Source: an uncultured Actinomycetes bacterium
GTDB lineage: Bacteria; Actinomycetota; Thermoleophilia; Solirubrobacterales; Solirubrobacteraceae
Length of the DNA: 64,000 nucleotides
Direction of reading: 5' to 3'
Assembly (NCBI GenBank): GCA_963780585.1
Contig: CAWADD010000002.1
Location: 7,906-71,905 of the forward strand
The notes beneath the pieces were generated by a model. The model worked only from the letters and a program-made list of their open reading frames with translations, was not told the origin of the DNA and made no database searches. The translations under genes were made by a program, and so were the position numbers. Shown piece after piece: positions 44,994 to 56,492 of the stretch (its first letter is position 1; the number at the start of each line of letters is the position of its first letter).

Positions 44994-46235
44994 TCAAGCC
45001 AACCGGACCGGTCGCGGATCGGCGTCGAGCGCGTCCAGCACGAGGTGAGCTGTGGTCGGGTCCAGCGCAGAAAGGACGCTCTCGAACTCAAGGGCGTCGC
45101 CGCGGCCCAGCAGCGCGCGGGTGACGACGAGGCGCGCCTGCTCGCCCTGGCTCAGTCGCCAGCCGGTCTCGCCGAGCGGCTGACCAATGCCCAGCGGCAT
45201 CCGCTCTACGACGTCGTCGAGGCCGACGGCCCGCAGGGTCCGGCTCAGCGCGCCGAGTTGCGCATCGGACGGCGGCCACGTGCCGCTGCCGAGCAGCGCG
45301 TTGGCAGCCAGCGGCTGATGAAGGACGTGTCCGGGCTCCGGCGCCGGCACGCGCGTGACGGCCGCAGCGTCGTCGACGCTGGCGCCGGTCAGCAGCGCCC
45401 GAGCGCCGTCGGCGGCGGCGAGTCCCGGGGCGAGGTCGGCGAGCCCGTGGCCGATTCGCTCGAGCGCGCCGAAGGCGACGAGCATCGCGCCCAGCACGCC
45501 GGCGGTCGCGCCGACGCCGTCCGGCGGTCGCAGCGCGAGCGATCCGAGTAGAGCGAGCAGCGCCGCGCGCGGCAGCGCCGCGGCCAGCAATACCCGCCGG
45601 CGATCGACGGCGGCGTGGGCCTGCTCGACGTCATCGAGCAGGCGCGCCGAATGTTCGCGCTCGCGCTCTGGGTTCTCCTGGATCGTGACGGTTCGCAACG
45701 CGAGCAACCGCCCGGCGTAGTGCTCGGTGACAGCCGCGCGCGCCTGCGCGGCACGCCGGCCGGCCGGTCGCAAGGCGCGACCGACTCCTGCGAGCACCAC
45801 GACGGCGACCGCCAGCACGGCGACTTCGGTCAGCCCGCCGACGACGAACAGGACGACGGCGGCGATCAGCGCCTCGACCGCCGCGAGCGCGATCAGCGCG
45901 CCCGATCCCAGCACGACGGTCTCGAACTGCTCGAGATCGAGCACGCGACCGACCGAGCGCGCGACATCGGTGCGCTCGCCGACCGCGCCGGCCCGCGACC
46001 GCAGCGCGCGCTCGCGAAGACACGTTCCGAGCGCGACTGTGGCGTGGCCGAGCGCGATCAGCGTCGCGCCCGCCGCGACCGCCGAGGCCAGCAGGGCCAC
46101 GACGACGCCGGGCGCCCACGCGAGCGCCGCGGCGCCGGGACCCGCGACACCCCTTCCGAGCCGATCGGCGCCGTCGATCAGCAGCAGCGTCGCGAACGCG
46201 CCCACGCCGAGCGCCGCCAGCGCGGGAACGACCAC
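44994..46235 (-). CDS. ABC exporter permease fused to a degenerate nucleotide-binding remnant with no Walker A motif
   Basis: This is the distal part of track ORF 44994..47720. Several TM helices are followed by HVLHQPLAANALLG...LSQGEQARLVVTRALL...ALEFESVLSALD. That is collinear with the Q-loop-to-Walker-B part of an ABC NBD, but the Walker A segment is absent and the Walker B is aberrant. The start is uncertain. A GTG at 46235 is one option, but no stop separates this ORF from the upstream NBD. Confidence 0.45.
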   Translation of the reverse strand: MVVPALAALGVGAFATLLLIDGADRLGRGVAGPGAAALAWAPGVVVALLASAVAAGATLIALGHATVALGTCLRERALRSRAGAVGERTDVARSVGRVLDLEQFETVVLGSGALIALAAVEALIAAVVLFVVGGLTEVAVLAVAVVVLAGVGRALRPAGRRAAQARAAVTEHYAGRLLALRTVTIQENPEREREHSARLLDDVEQAHAAVDRRRVLLAAALPRAALLALLGSLALRPPDGVGATAGVLGAMLVAFGALERIGHGLADLAPGLAAADGARALLTGASVDDAAAVTRVPAPEPGHVLHQPLAANALLGSGTWPPSDAQLGALSRTLRAVGLDDVVERMPLGIGQPLGETGWRLSQGEQARLVVTRALLGRGDALEFESVLSALDPTTAHLVLDALDADPRPVRLA

Positions 46236-46339
46236 GACACGTGCCCGAAGAAGCCCGGCAGCGACCGGTCGGCAGCCGGCGACTGGATCGCTCGTAGCCT
46301 GCGCATCCTCGAGGCGACCCCCGAAGCTCGCGAGCCTTG

Positions 46340-48725
46340 CGGCAAGGCGCTGCTGATCTGCCAGCAGGGTCGCGTAGCGGCCCGCGGGCTCGGCGCGCAG
46401 CACATCCGGGTCACCGTCCTGGACGATCCGGCCTTCCTCCATCACGAGCACACGATCGAAGTCCCGCGTGCTCGCGACGTCGTGCGTGACATGGATCAGC
46501 GTCGCGTCCGCCCAGCTCGCGCGCAGCCGCGCGACGACCGCGCGCAGCTCGTCGGTCCGCAGCCCGACGAGCGCCTCGTCGAGCAGCACGAGCCGCGCAC
46601 GGGGACGGCCGAGCGCACGCGCGACCCGCAGGCGCTGACGCTCGCCGCTTCGCAGCCGCGCACCGTCGACGCCGACCCGTCGCTCGCCCAGCCGCCCCAG
46701 ACAGTCGCCGAGCCCGGCCGTCACGAGCCGCTCGCGCGCGGGCGGCGCGTCGGTGGCTGCGCCGACGTCGGCGTTGGCGTTCAGCGACAGATCGAAGATC
46801 CGCGTGCTCGCATCCGCCCACGCCGTCGAAGCCCGCAGGTCCCCGAGCGTGTCGCCGGTCAACGGCGTTGCGTCGACGAGCAGCTCGCCCGAGCGCGGCG
46901 TGAGCCAGCCGGCGAGCGTCGCCACGAGCGAGGACTTGCCGGCCCCCGAGGGCCCGACGATCGCGACGTGCTCACCGGCCGCGAGCTCGAGGTCGATGCC
47001 GGCGAGCACGGGCGCGCTGCCTGCGGCGACGTGCAGACCGCGCAGCCTGACCTGCGATCCACCCCCGACCCGCTGCTCGACGGCACGAGGAGGCGGATCG
47101 GCAGCCGCTGCCGTCAGCGCTCGAGCACTCGTGCGAGGGCGTTGCGCAGCGGCACCGCGCGCCGCGCGACGAACACGAGGTCCTGCAGCGCTGCGGTCGC
47201 GAGGAAGGCCAGCACGCCGACGATCAGGGCGCTCGCCTGCCCGGCGCCGCCACGCACCGCGAGCGCGACGGCGGCGACGACGACGAGCAGCAGACCCACG
47301 ATCTCGACCGCGAGGGTGGCTGCAGCGAGCCGCGCCTGCACGCTGCGGACGGCACGCGACCACAGGCCGAGCAGGGGGACGTGCAGGGCGTTCAGCACCG
47401 CAGCAGCGCGATGGGCGACGAGCGCGTCCGCCGCGCGCAGGCCGTCGGTGACCTGCAGCGACAGCGCGCCCTGCGCCGTGCGGGCACGCAGATCGCCCTC
47501 CGCCAGCGATCGTGCGAGCAGCGCCGGCGCCAGGCCGGCGACAGCGAGCAGGGCGATCGACGCCGGCCAGGCGGCGGGCGCGAGGATGGTGATGGCGACC
47601 GCCGCGACGAGCACCTCGGCTGCGCGCTGCACGGCGAGCGCCGCAAGCTCGACGTCGTGCGGACGAGCACGATCGCGTGGCCACGCTCGGCGAGGTCGCC
47701 CGCCGGCCGGCTGCGAACATGGTGATCGCCCATCCGTGCGACGCGCTCCAGCAGCCGCGCGCGTAGTGCCCGCTCCAGCCGCCTGCCGATCGCGAGCGAC
47801 GATTGCCACGTCATCACGGTTGCGAGCAGCGCCGCGGCGGCGACGCCTGCGAGCAGCGCGAGGCGCCCGCCGCCGATCCCGTGCTCGAGTACGTCCTGCG
47901 CCGCCAGCGCCTCCCCGGCGCCGGCCGTTCCCGTCAGCATGGCGAGCGCGCCGACCCGCCCCAGCGCCGCGTGCTCGCCGGACGCCAGTGCGCGCAGCTC
48001 GTGCGACGGCCGGCGCCTGGCGCCGCCCAGCAGCGGGCGCAGATGCGCCGCGACCGTGCCATCGCGCCGCCGCGGCGCGCGGATCAGGACGGCCCCGCGC
48101 ACGGCGACGAGCGCCCCGCCAGCCTCGTCCCGACCGGCGGGCGCGACGACCGGTACGCCGTCGCCGTCGCCGTCCTCGAGCTCGGCGAGCAGCCGCCCGA
48201 CGCCGTCGACGGGCCCGCACGCGATCGCGGCCGCGACCACCGCCTCGGCCTCGGCCTCCGAGCGCCCGGCCCGGCGCAGGCGGGCGAGCAGCGCGCGGCG
48301 GGCGTCGTCGCCGTCGGCGTACTCGGCCCACGCTGCGGTGGGGGCGACGAGCTCGTGCGTCAGGACCTCGCGCGCGAAGTCCGCCAGGCGCACGCGCCGC
48401 CGCCCGACCGCGGGATCGACGAGATCGATCCTGCCGCGCGCGACCCGCCACGCGACGACGAAGTGGACGTAGCCGTCCGGGGTCAGCGTCAGCACATCGC
48501 CGGCAGATACGCCGCCGGCAGCGCTACGGCCTGCGCCCACGGCACGACGACCTGCTCGGCGTCGAGCCCGAGCGCGCAGGCGACCTCCTCGAGGTCGTCG
48601 ACCGACGTGCCGTCGACGTCCGTCGCGCAGACGTCGCGCAGCGCGTCGACGTCGGCGGTCAGTCCATGCGCGCCCAGCAGCACCGTCAGCGCGACCGGGC
48701 CGCAGTCCATCGCCGAGGTCTGCAC
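46340..48725 (-). pseudogene. C39-peptidase / ABC bacteriocin-type exporter (peptidase-TMD-NBD) split over four reading frames
   Basis: Frame a (48725-48489) encodes MQTSAMDCGPVALTVLLGAHG..., carrying the C39 Cys motif. Frame b (about 48504-47660) encodes ...GYVHFVVAWRV..DLVDPAVG (the C39 His region) plus the first TMD half up to RPAGDLAERGHAIVLVR. Frame c (about 47660-47114) encodes the rest of the TMD, ending ARVLER-stop. Frame d (from about 47120) encodes ALTAAAADPP...RLRGLHV...GEHVAIVGPSGAGKSS...LRSGERQRL...LVLLDEAL...IHVTHD. Confidence 0.65.
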
Positions 48726-48790
48726 GACCTCGGGGGGCTTGGGCGGGCGGCGCAGGTTCTCCGCGGCGGTTTGGCTGCCGCGCCCTTCGC

Positions 48791-49243
48791 TCAGCGCTGG
48801 TCGACGAGCGTCCGGAACTGCTCGGGGGTCATGTTCCCCGTCGCCGCCACCGCTACCGCGGTGGCGTTCTTGGTGGCCGCGAGCTCGCTGCTGGTCGCGG
48901 CGGTCTGCTTGGCCTCCTCGCCGCGCGCCTCAGCCTCGGCGCGGCGGGTGTTCGTCGACGAGACGCCGAAGTACAACCCGACGATCGCGAGGATCCCGGC
49001 GATTACGGGAGCGAGGACGGCGACGACGGCTGTCGATCGATCGTCGCCCGCGCCGCTTGCCACGACGTCGTTCCCGGTGCCCCCGCCGGTCGTCGCGGGC
49101 TGGGGGACCGGATAGTGCTCCAGGATCAGATACAGCGCCACCACCGTCGCGATGATCGCCACCGAAATCACCGCGCCCGCCAGCGCGATCCTCAGGGCTA
49201 CGCGCGTTTCCATGGCTTGCTGGCCGGCTCCCTCGCTGGGCAT
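48791..49243 (-). CDS. hypothetical 2-TM membrane protein upstream of the exporter
   Basis: Track ORF 48791..49291. An internal ATG at 49243 is preceded by GAGGAG. Two hydrophobic helices are followed by an Ala/Thr/Glu-rich tail. No family recognised. Confidence 0.5.
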   Translation of the reverse strand: MPSEGAGQQAMETRVALRIALAGAVISVAIIATVVALYLILEHYPVPQPATTGGGTGNDVVASGAGDDRSTAVVAVLAPVIAGILAIVGLYFGVSSTNTRRAEAEARGEEAKQTAATSSELAATKNATAVAVAATGNMTPEQFRTLVDQR

Positions 49244-49670
49244 CGCCTGGCTCCTCGATCGATTCGATGGAGATCCCGGTGGGTGCAGCACCGGGATCGC
49301 TGCTGCTCACGTCAGCGACGCCCGTGGCCGGAGCAAGCCACGGTGGCCAACTCCGTCTCGTCAGCATCAGCGCTCGTTGGCGGGCCTCAGCCCCGCCTGA
49401 ACACACCGCCCTTCAGGCTCGTCTTCGTCTTCACCACGTCACCCCCTCCACGTCACCTCGAACCCCGCGACCACACACGCGACCGCGCCATCCCAAGCAA
49501 CGCTCCCAGACCCCCCCCTGTCAAGCGGAGTAGCCCCTGCAGCCCGATCGCGCGAGGCGCCCGAGTCGGGGACACTGATCGCGCCGTGCGGGGCGGGTGC
49601 GGCGCCGCGTACGGCACCTCGTCCCTCCCGAGACGTACAGTTGCCGATGATGCTCATGTACACTCGCTCG

Positions 49671-49934
49671 ATGGACGTCGCCGTGACCGAGCTTCGCGCG
49701 AACCTCAGCCGGTGGCTCGCCCTCGTGCGGGAGGGACGCGAGGTCGTCGTCACCGAGCGCGGCATTCCGGTCGCCCGCCTGATCGGCATCGAGTCCAGCG
49801 GCCTGCTCGAGCGGCTCGTCGAGGACGGCGTCGTCGCGCGACCCGAGCAACCGGACCGGCCGACGGCGAGCGGCCGCACACGGCCGCCTGCGCGGCGCCC
49901 GGTCGCTGAGCGGATCGGCGAGCAGCGGCGCTGA
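49671..49934 (+). CDS. Phd/YefM-family type II antitoxin
   Basis: MDVAVTELRANLSRWLALVREGREVVVTERGIPVARLI is the Phd/YefM N-terminal signature. Start taken at the internal Met of track ORF 49641..49934. Confidence 0.8.
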   Translation: MDVAVTELRANLSRWLALVREGREVVVTERGIPVARLIGIESSGLLERLVEDGVVARPEQPDRPTASGRTRPPARRPVAERIGEQRR

Positions 49935-49936
49935 CG

Positions 49937-50389
49937 GTGGCGCTCGTCTACTTCGATGCCAGCGCTTTCGTGAAGCTCGTCGTACAGGAGCAGGGGAGCG
50001 AGACTGCGGCGCGGCTGTGGGACGGCTGCGACGCGGCACTCTCCAGCAGGCTTGCCTACCCAGAGGTGTGCGCGGCGCTCGCGGCTGCCGGTCGCCAGCG
50101 CGACCTCGGCGAGCGCGCGCTCGCGACGGCCGAGCGGGCCTGGTACGAGTATTGGGCGGCCACCCGACCGGTCGAGCTGACGTCGGCCGTCGAGCGTCGC
50201 GCCGGCGAGCTCGCCCAGCGGCATGCCCTGCGCGGCGCCGACGCCGTCCACCTCGCAAGCGCCCTCGCAATCGGCGACCCTGAGCTCGTCGTCGCAGTCT
50301 GGGACCGCCGGCTGCACGCGGGCGCCGTCGCCGTTCACCTCGCCGTAGCGCCCGCGAAGCTCGACGACGCCCAGTCACCATGGCCGTGA
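49937..50389 (+). CDS. vapC: PIN-domain toxin VapC
   Basis: (M)ALVYFDASAFVKLVV.E.GS..A...W...D....S.LAYPEV.AAL and LRGADAVHLASAL. It starts 2 nt after the antitoxin stop. Confidence 0.85.
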   Translation: MALVYFDASAFVKLVVQEQGSETAARLWDGCDAALSSRLAYPEVCAALAAAGRQRDLGERALATAERAWYEYWAATRPVELTSAVERRAGELAQRHALRGADAVHLASALAIGDPELVVAVWDRRLHAGAVAVHLAVAPAKLDDAQSPWP

Positions 50390-51651
50390 CCATCCCCGCC
50401 GCGACCGAGCAGATCGACTACGCCGATCTGTACGCGCGCTGGGAGCGCGGGAACTGGGCGGCGACGGAGCTCGACTTCACGCAGGATCGGATCGACTGGC
50501 ACGAGCGCATGACGCCCGAGCAGCGCCGCGGCGCGCTGTGGCTCTACACGCTCTTCTTCCACGGCGAGGACTCCGTCGCCGACAACCTGTCGCCGTACAT
50601 CGACGCCGTGCCGCTCGAGGAGCAGAAGTACTTCCTTGCCACGCAACAGGTCGACGAGGCGCGCCACGCGGTCTTCTTCCACCGCTTCATGCACGACGTC
50701 GTCGGGATCGGCGACGGCTCGCTCGGCGACGGCCTGCGCGCCACGCAGCAGGAGCTGACGTGGGGCCACCGGCGGACGTTCGGTCGCCTCGACCGGATGG
50801 CGCACGAGCTGCGCTCCGATCACTCGCCGCGGATGCTCGCCAAGGCCGTGACGCTCTACCACATCGTCGTCGAGGGAACGCTCGCGCAGCCCGGGCAGCA
50901 CCTGATCGAGACCTCGCTCGAGCGCCTCGATCTGCTGCCCGGCTTTCGCGAGGGGATGCGCAACGTCGCGATCGACGAGCAGCGCCACATCGCCTTCGGC
51001 GTCAAGCTCCTCGCCGACCTCTACCGCGACGATCCGCAGGGCATCCAGGACGCGATCGTCGACATCATCCGCGAGATCCTCCAGTACACGCTCAGCGTGC
51101 CGATCCCGCCCGGCTGGGACCGCACGTACACCGAGAGCTTCGGCTACTCGATGGAGGACCTCTTCGAGGAGGGCGCGCGCGCCAACGAGGCGCGCCTGCG
51201 CGCGATCGGCCTGCCGCTCGACGAGATCGCCCACTTCCCGTTTCCGATGGACGTCACGCCGCGCGAGCGCGGCCTGCAGGCGCTCACGCTGCTGCGCGCG
51301 GGCCTGCTCGGCGAGGGTTCAGGCGGACCGGTCAGCCGCGATCCCGAGACGCTGCGGATCTACTTCGACCTGCTGGCTCGCAACGTGCGTGGCGACGAGG
51401 TGCCGCACGGAACGACGATCCAGTGGGACTTCACCGACATGGACCCCTGGTACCTGCTCATCAACGGCGCCACGAAGACCGCGACCCAGGGGCGTGTCGC
51501 GAAGCCGACGGTGCGCCTGCGGATGCGCTACGACGACTTCGGCGAGCTCGTCTCCGAGCGCGCGCAGCCGCATCACCTGATGCTGCGGGGGCGGATGCGC
51601 CCGTGGGGCGACCCGCGGATCCTGGTGCGGCTGCAGCACCTGTTTCACTGA
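50380..51651 (+). CDS. ribonucleotide-reductase-R2-like (ferritin-like diiron/Mn-Fe) protein fused to a C-terminal SCP2 sterol/lipid-carrier domain
   Basis: Metal-ligand pattern: FFHGEDSV, QVDEARH (ExxH), IVVEGTL and IDEQRH (ExxH). The residue at the radical-Tyr position (His+4) is Phe (DEARHAVFF). The last 100 aa or so (IQWDFTDMDPWYLLING...LMLRGRMRPWGDPRILVRLQHLF) look SCP2-like. Confidence 0.8.
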   Translation: MAVTIPAATEQIDYADLYARWERGNWAATELDFTQDRIDWHERMTPEQRRGALWLYTLFFHGEDSVADNLSPYIDAVPLEEQKYFLATQQVDEARHAVFFHRFMHDVVGIGDGSLGDGLRATQQELTWGHRRTFGRLDRMAHELRSDHSPRMLAKAVTLYHIVVEGTLAQPGQHLIETSLERLDLLPGFREGMRNVAIDEQRHIAFGVKLLADLYRDDPQGIQDAIVDIIREILQYTLSVPIPPGWDRTYTESFGYSMEDLFEEGARANEARLRAIGLPLDEIAHFPFPMDVTPRERGLQALTLLRAGLLGEGSGGPVSRDPETLRIYFDLLARNVRGDEVPHGTTIQWDFTDMDPWYLLINGATKTATQGRVAKPTVRLRMRYDDFGELVSERAQPHHLMLRGRMRPWGDPRILVRLQHLFH

Positions 51652-51707
51652 GCGATCGGGCGCCAGGATCGGCCGCGCGGACGCGGCCATGGACTACCCT
51701 TCGCGCC

Positions 51708-52232
51708 GTGAAATTCGTAGATATCGAGTCGCGCTTCGGCGACATCACGCTACGCGTGACCCCGGTCCCCGATCCCTGGGACGCGACGGCGACGACGCCC
51801 GCGTGGGACTTCCAGCTGACGGCGCCGGAGCTCGACGTGTCGGGCGTCTACGTCGAGGATCCCGAGGCGTCGCGGACGCTGACGGCGTTCTTTCGCGAGC
51901 TCGACGACAACCACCAGGGCTTCGACGGCGACAAGCACTGGCAGTCGGCCGGCGGCGGCATGAAGATCCGCGCCGACCACGATCAGATCAACGCGACGCG
52001 GCTGTTCGTGACGATCGTCGGCGGCGTCTCGCCACAGTGGACCGTGCAGGCCGAGCTCCACGTCGACCCGCGCCGCTTCGATCGCGTCGCGCTCAACCTC
52101 GAGCTGTTCGGCAGCGAGCTGCACGGCGAGGAGTTCGACGAGACCGCCGAGCCGATCCGGATCGACCCGCGCCAGCGAGCGCGCGAGGGCGTCAGGAAGA
52201 TCGGCTCGATGGCGATCAAGCAGACCGACTAG
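51708..52232 (+). CDS. hypothetical protein
   Basis: The last 174 codons of artefactual track ORF 50538..52232, with a GTG start (VKFVDIESRFGDITLRV...). Composition is balanced and acidic. No family recognised. Confidence 0.55.
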   Translation: MKFVDIESRFGDITLRVTPVPDPWDATATTPAWDFQLTAPELDVSGVYVEDPEASRTLTAFFRELDDNHQGFDGDKHWQSAGGGMKIRADHDQINATRLFVTIVGGVSPQWTVQAELHVDPRRFDRVALNLELFGSELHGEEFDETAEPIRIDPRQRAREGVRKIGSMAIKQTD

Positions 52233-52358
52233 AGCTGACCGCGCGGGCCGATCGGTCAGGCCTCCGCGGAGCCAACGACGAAGCCCCCGCGCCCGTTAGA
52301 AGCGGGCCGGGGGCGTGACACGAGGGTGAAGCCTCGGTGCGTGGGTGACGCTAGCGGC

Positions 52359-52787
52359 CTACGCCTTCGCGAGGTTGCCCGTGAACTGCTTGATGAGCGC
52401 CTGGAGGACGGCCTGCACGGTGCCCTCGCCCATCGATGCGGCCTTGCCGCTGACGTTCGCGGTCGCATCGACGGTGCCGCCGTCGCCGCCGATCGAGATC
52501 GTGACGGTGCCGTCGGCGTTGGACTGACCGCCCGCCTCCTTGGCCTGCGCGCGGATCACGGCGCGCTTGGAGCCGTCGTCCTTCTCGACGATCTCGACGG
52601 GGCCGTTGAACGTCATCGCCATCGAGCCCATGTCGACCTTGATCTCGGCCTTCGCCTTCGTCGGACCCTCGGCGGAGACGATCTTTGCACCCGGCACGCA
52701 GGGCACGAGTTTGCTGACGTCGGAAACGATTCCCCATGCATGATCGGGGTCTGAAACGCTGAACTTCTCCTGCAATTGGGTTGCCAT
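52359..52787 (-). CDS. SRPBCC-superfamily protein, CoxG-like
   Basis: MATQLQEKFSVSDPDHAWGIVSDVSKLVPCVPGAKIV...KVDMGSMAMTFNG...GKAASMGEGTVQAVLQALIKQFTGNL. Start taken at the internal Met. Confidence 0.75.
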   Translation of the reverse strand: MATQLQEKFSVSDPDHAWGIVSDVSKLVPCVPGAKIVSAEGPTKAKAEIKVDMGSMAMTFNGPVEIVEKDDGSKRAVIRAQAKEAGGQSNADGTVTISIGGDGGTVDATANVSGKAASMGEGTVQAVLQALIKQFTGNLAKA

Positions 52788-52849
52788 GAGCGGCTCCCTT
52801 CGGGTGGCTGAACTCCCCCTCGACTTGGCCTTACCCGCGCTCGCCGCCG

Positions 52850-53464
52850 TCAATCGCAGTCGTGCACGAGCGCGCGCACGCAGCGCACCCCGGCCGCGAT
52901 CGTCGGGCCGAAGTCGCGCTCGCCCTCGGCGACCATCCGCAGCATCATCCCGTCGCCGAGCGAGAAGATCACGTCGACGACGGCCTCGGGTTCGGCGCCG
53001 AGCCGCAGGACGCCCTCGGCCTGCTTGGCGCGCAGCACGTCGGACACCTGCGCGCGCAGGCTGCTGAGCAGCTCGCCGAACTCGGCCGCGACGTCCTCGT
53101 GGCGGCGCGAGAGGGTGAAGAGCTCGAACAGCAGCGTCACGAAGCCGGGGTCGTTGCGCACGACGTCCTCGAGGCTGGCGACGAGCACCGCGATCACGTC
53201 GTCGGCGCTGCGCGCCTGCGCGAGCGCCGCTCCGAGCGCGTGCTTGCGCACGTCGCAGTCGCGCCGCACGACCTCGATCAGCAGCCGCTCCTTCGTGCCG
53301 AAGTAGTAGTGCAGCAGGCCGCGCGAGACGCCGGCCGCACGGGCGACCTGGTCGAACGTCGAGCCGGCCGTGCCGCGAGCGGCGACCGATGCGCGCATCG
53401 CCTCGACGATCCGCGCGGCTTTGTCCCCGCCGAGCTCGCGCTCGCTAGAGCTCGCGGCTTCCAT
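52850..53464 (-). CDS. TetR-family transcriptional regulator
   Basis: TFDQVARAAGVSRGLLHYYFGTKERLL is the canonical TetR HTH. Confidence 0.9.
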   Translation of the reverse strand: MEAASSSERELGGDKAARIVEAMRASVAARGTAGSTFDQVARAAGVSRGLLHYYFGTKERLLIEVVRRDCDVRKHALGAALAQARSADDVIAVLVASLEDVVRNDPGFVTLLFELFTLSRRHEDVAAEFGELLSSLRAQVSDVLRAKQAEGVLRLGAEPEAVVDVIFSLGDGMMLRMVAEGERDFGPTIAAGVRCVRALVHDCD

Positions 53465-53568
53465 GCACCATCACCCGCGACAGAGGGTAGCCGCCCTGGC
53501 CGACTGGCCAACAACGACGAAGGCGCCCCGCGGGGCGCCTCCTTGCACGACGGTCATGCAGCGCCGCG

Positions 53569-54050
53569 CTACGTTGCGGGCGCGGCCTCGGCCGGTGGTG
53601 CGGCCGGCGTCGTGTTGGACGTGTAGTCGAACTCCTCCTCGGCGCCGAAGAGCGCGTCGAGCACCTTGTTGCGCAGGCCCTCGCTGACGGCGACGGCGAT
53701 CACGCCGCCGAGGATCGCGACGAGCAGCAGGCGACCGACGCCGCCCTTGCGCTTGGCCTTCTTCGGCGTCGCGGACTTCGGCGCCTCACGCAGGGCCGTG
53801 CTGGCGTCGCGCAGTGCATCCGCCGATCGCTTCAGTTCGGCGTGCAGCTTCTTGTCCTCGATCAGGACCTTGGTCGGCGCCTTGCCGTTGTTGAGCCGGC
53901 CGTATGCGTTCTTCGCAGCCTCGAAGGCCACGACCATGTTGTCGCGCAGCTCCTCGTCGTGGATGATCCGCTGTAGGTACGGATTCTCCTTGGCGTGTTG
54001 GGCGGCTGCGGCGGCCTTGGCGGCCTTGTCCTTCGCTGCCATGTAGTCAT

Positions 54051-54054
<4 letters not shown>
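53569..54054 (-). CDS. hypothetical membrane-anchored protein (helical N-domain, one TM)
   Basis: 161-aa track ORF whose start overlaps the lon stop by 4 nt. It has a TM helix (LLLVAILGGVIAVAV). Confidence 0.6.

Positions 54055-56488
<2,434 letters not shown>

Positions 56489-56492
<4 letters not shown>

Noticed and set aside
45615-49115. 1,166-aa ORF on the plus strand
   Set aside because: It is antisense to the ABC exporter locus. It is extremely Arg/Pro/Ala/Ser-rich and has no motifs.
49387-49437. 16-codon ORF VVKTKTSLKGGVFRRG as a double-glycine bacteriocin precursor
   Set aside because: A 5-residue core after the GG is too short, the leader lacks the usual conserved pattern, and I cannot assess conservation. 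It is kept only as a note inside the intergenic-region finding.
49641-49670. Sigma-70-type promoter (TTGCCG ... TACACT) in front of the Phd antitoxin
   Set aside because: The hexamers are only 12 nt apart. No acceptable -35 lies at 16-18 nt, so I did not call it.
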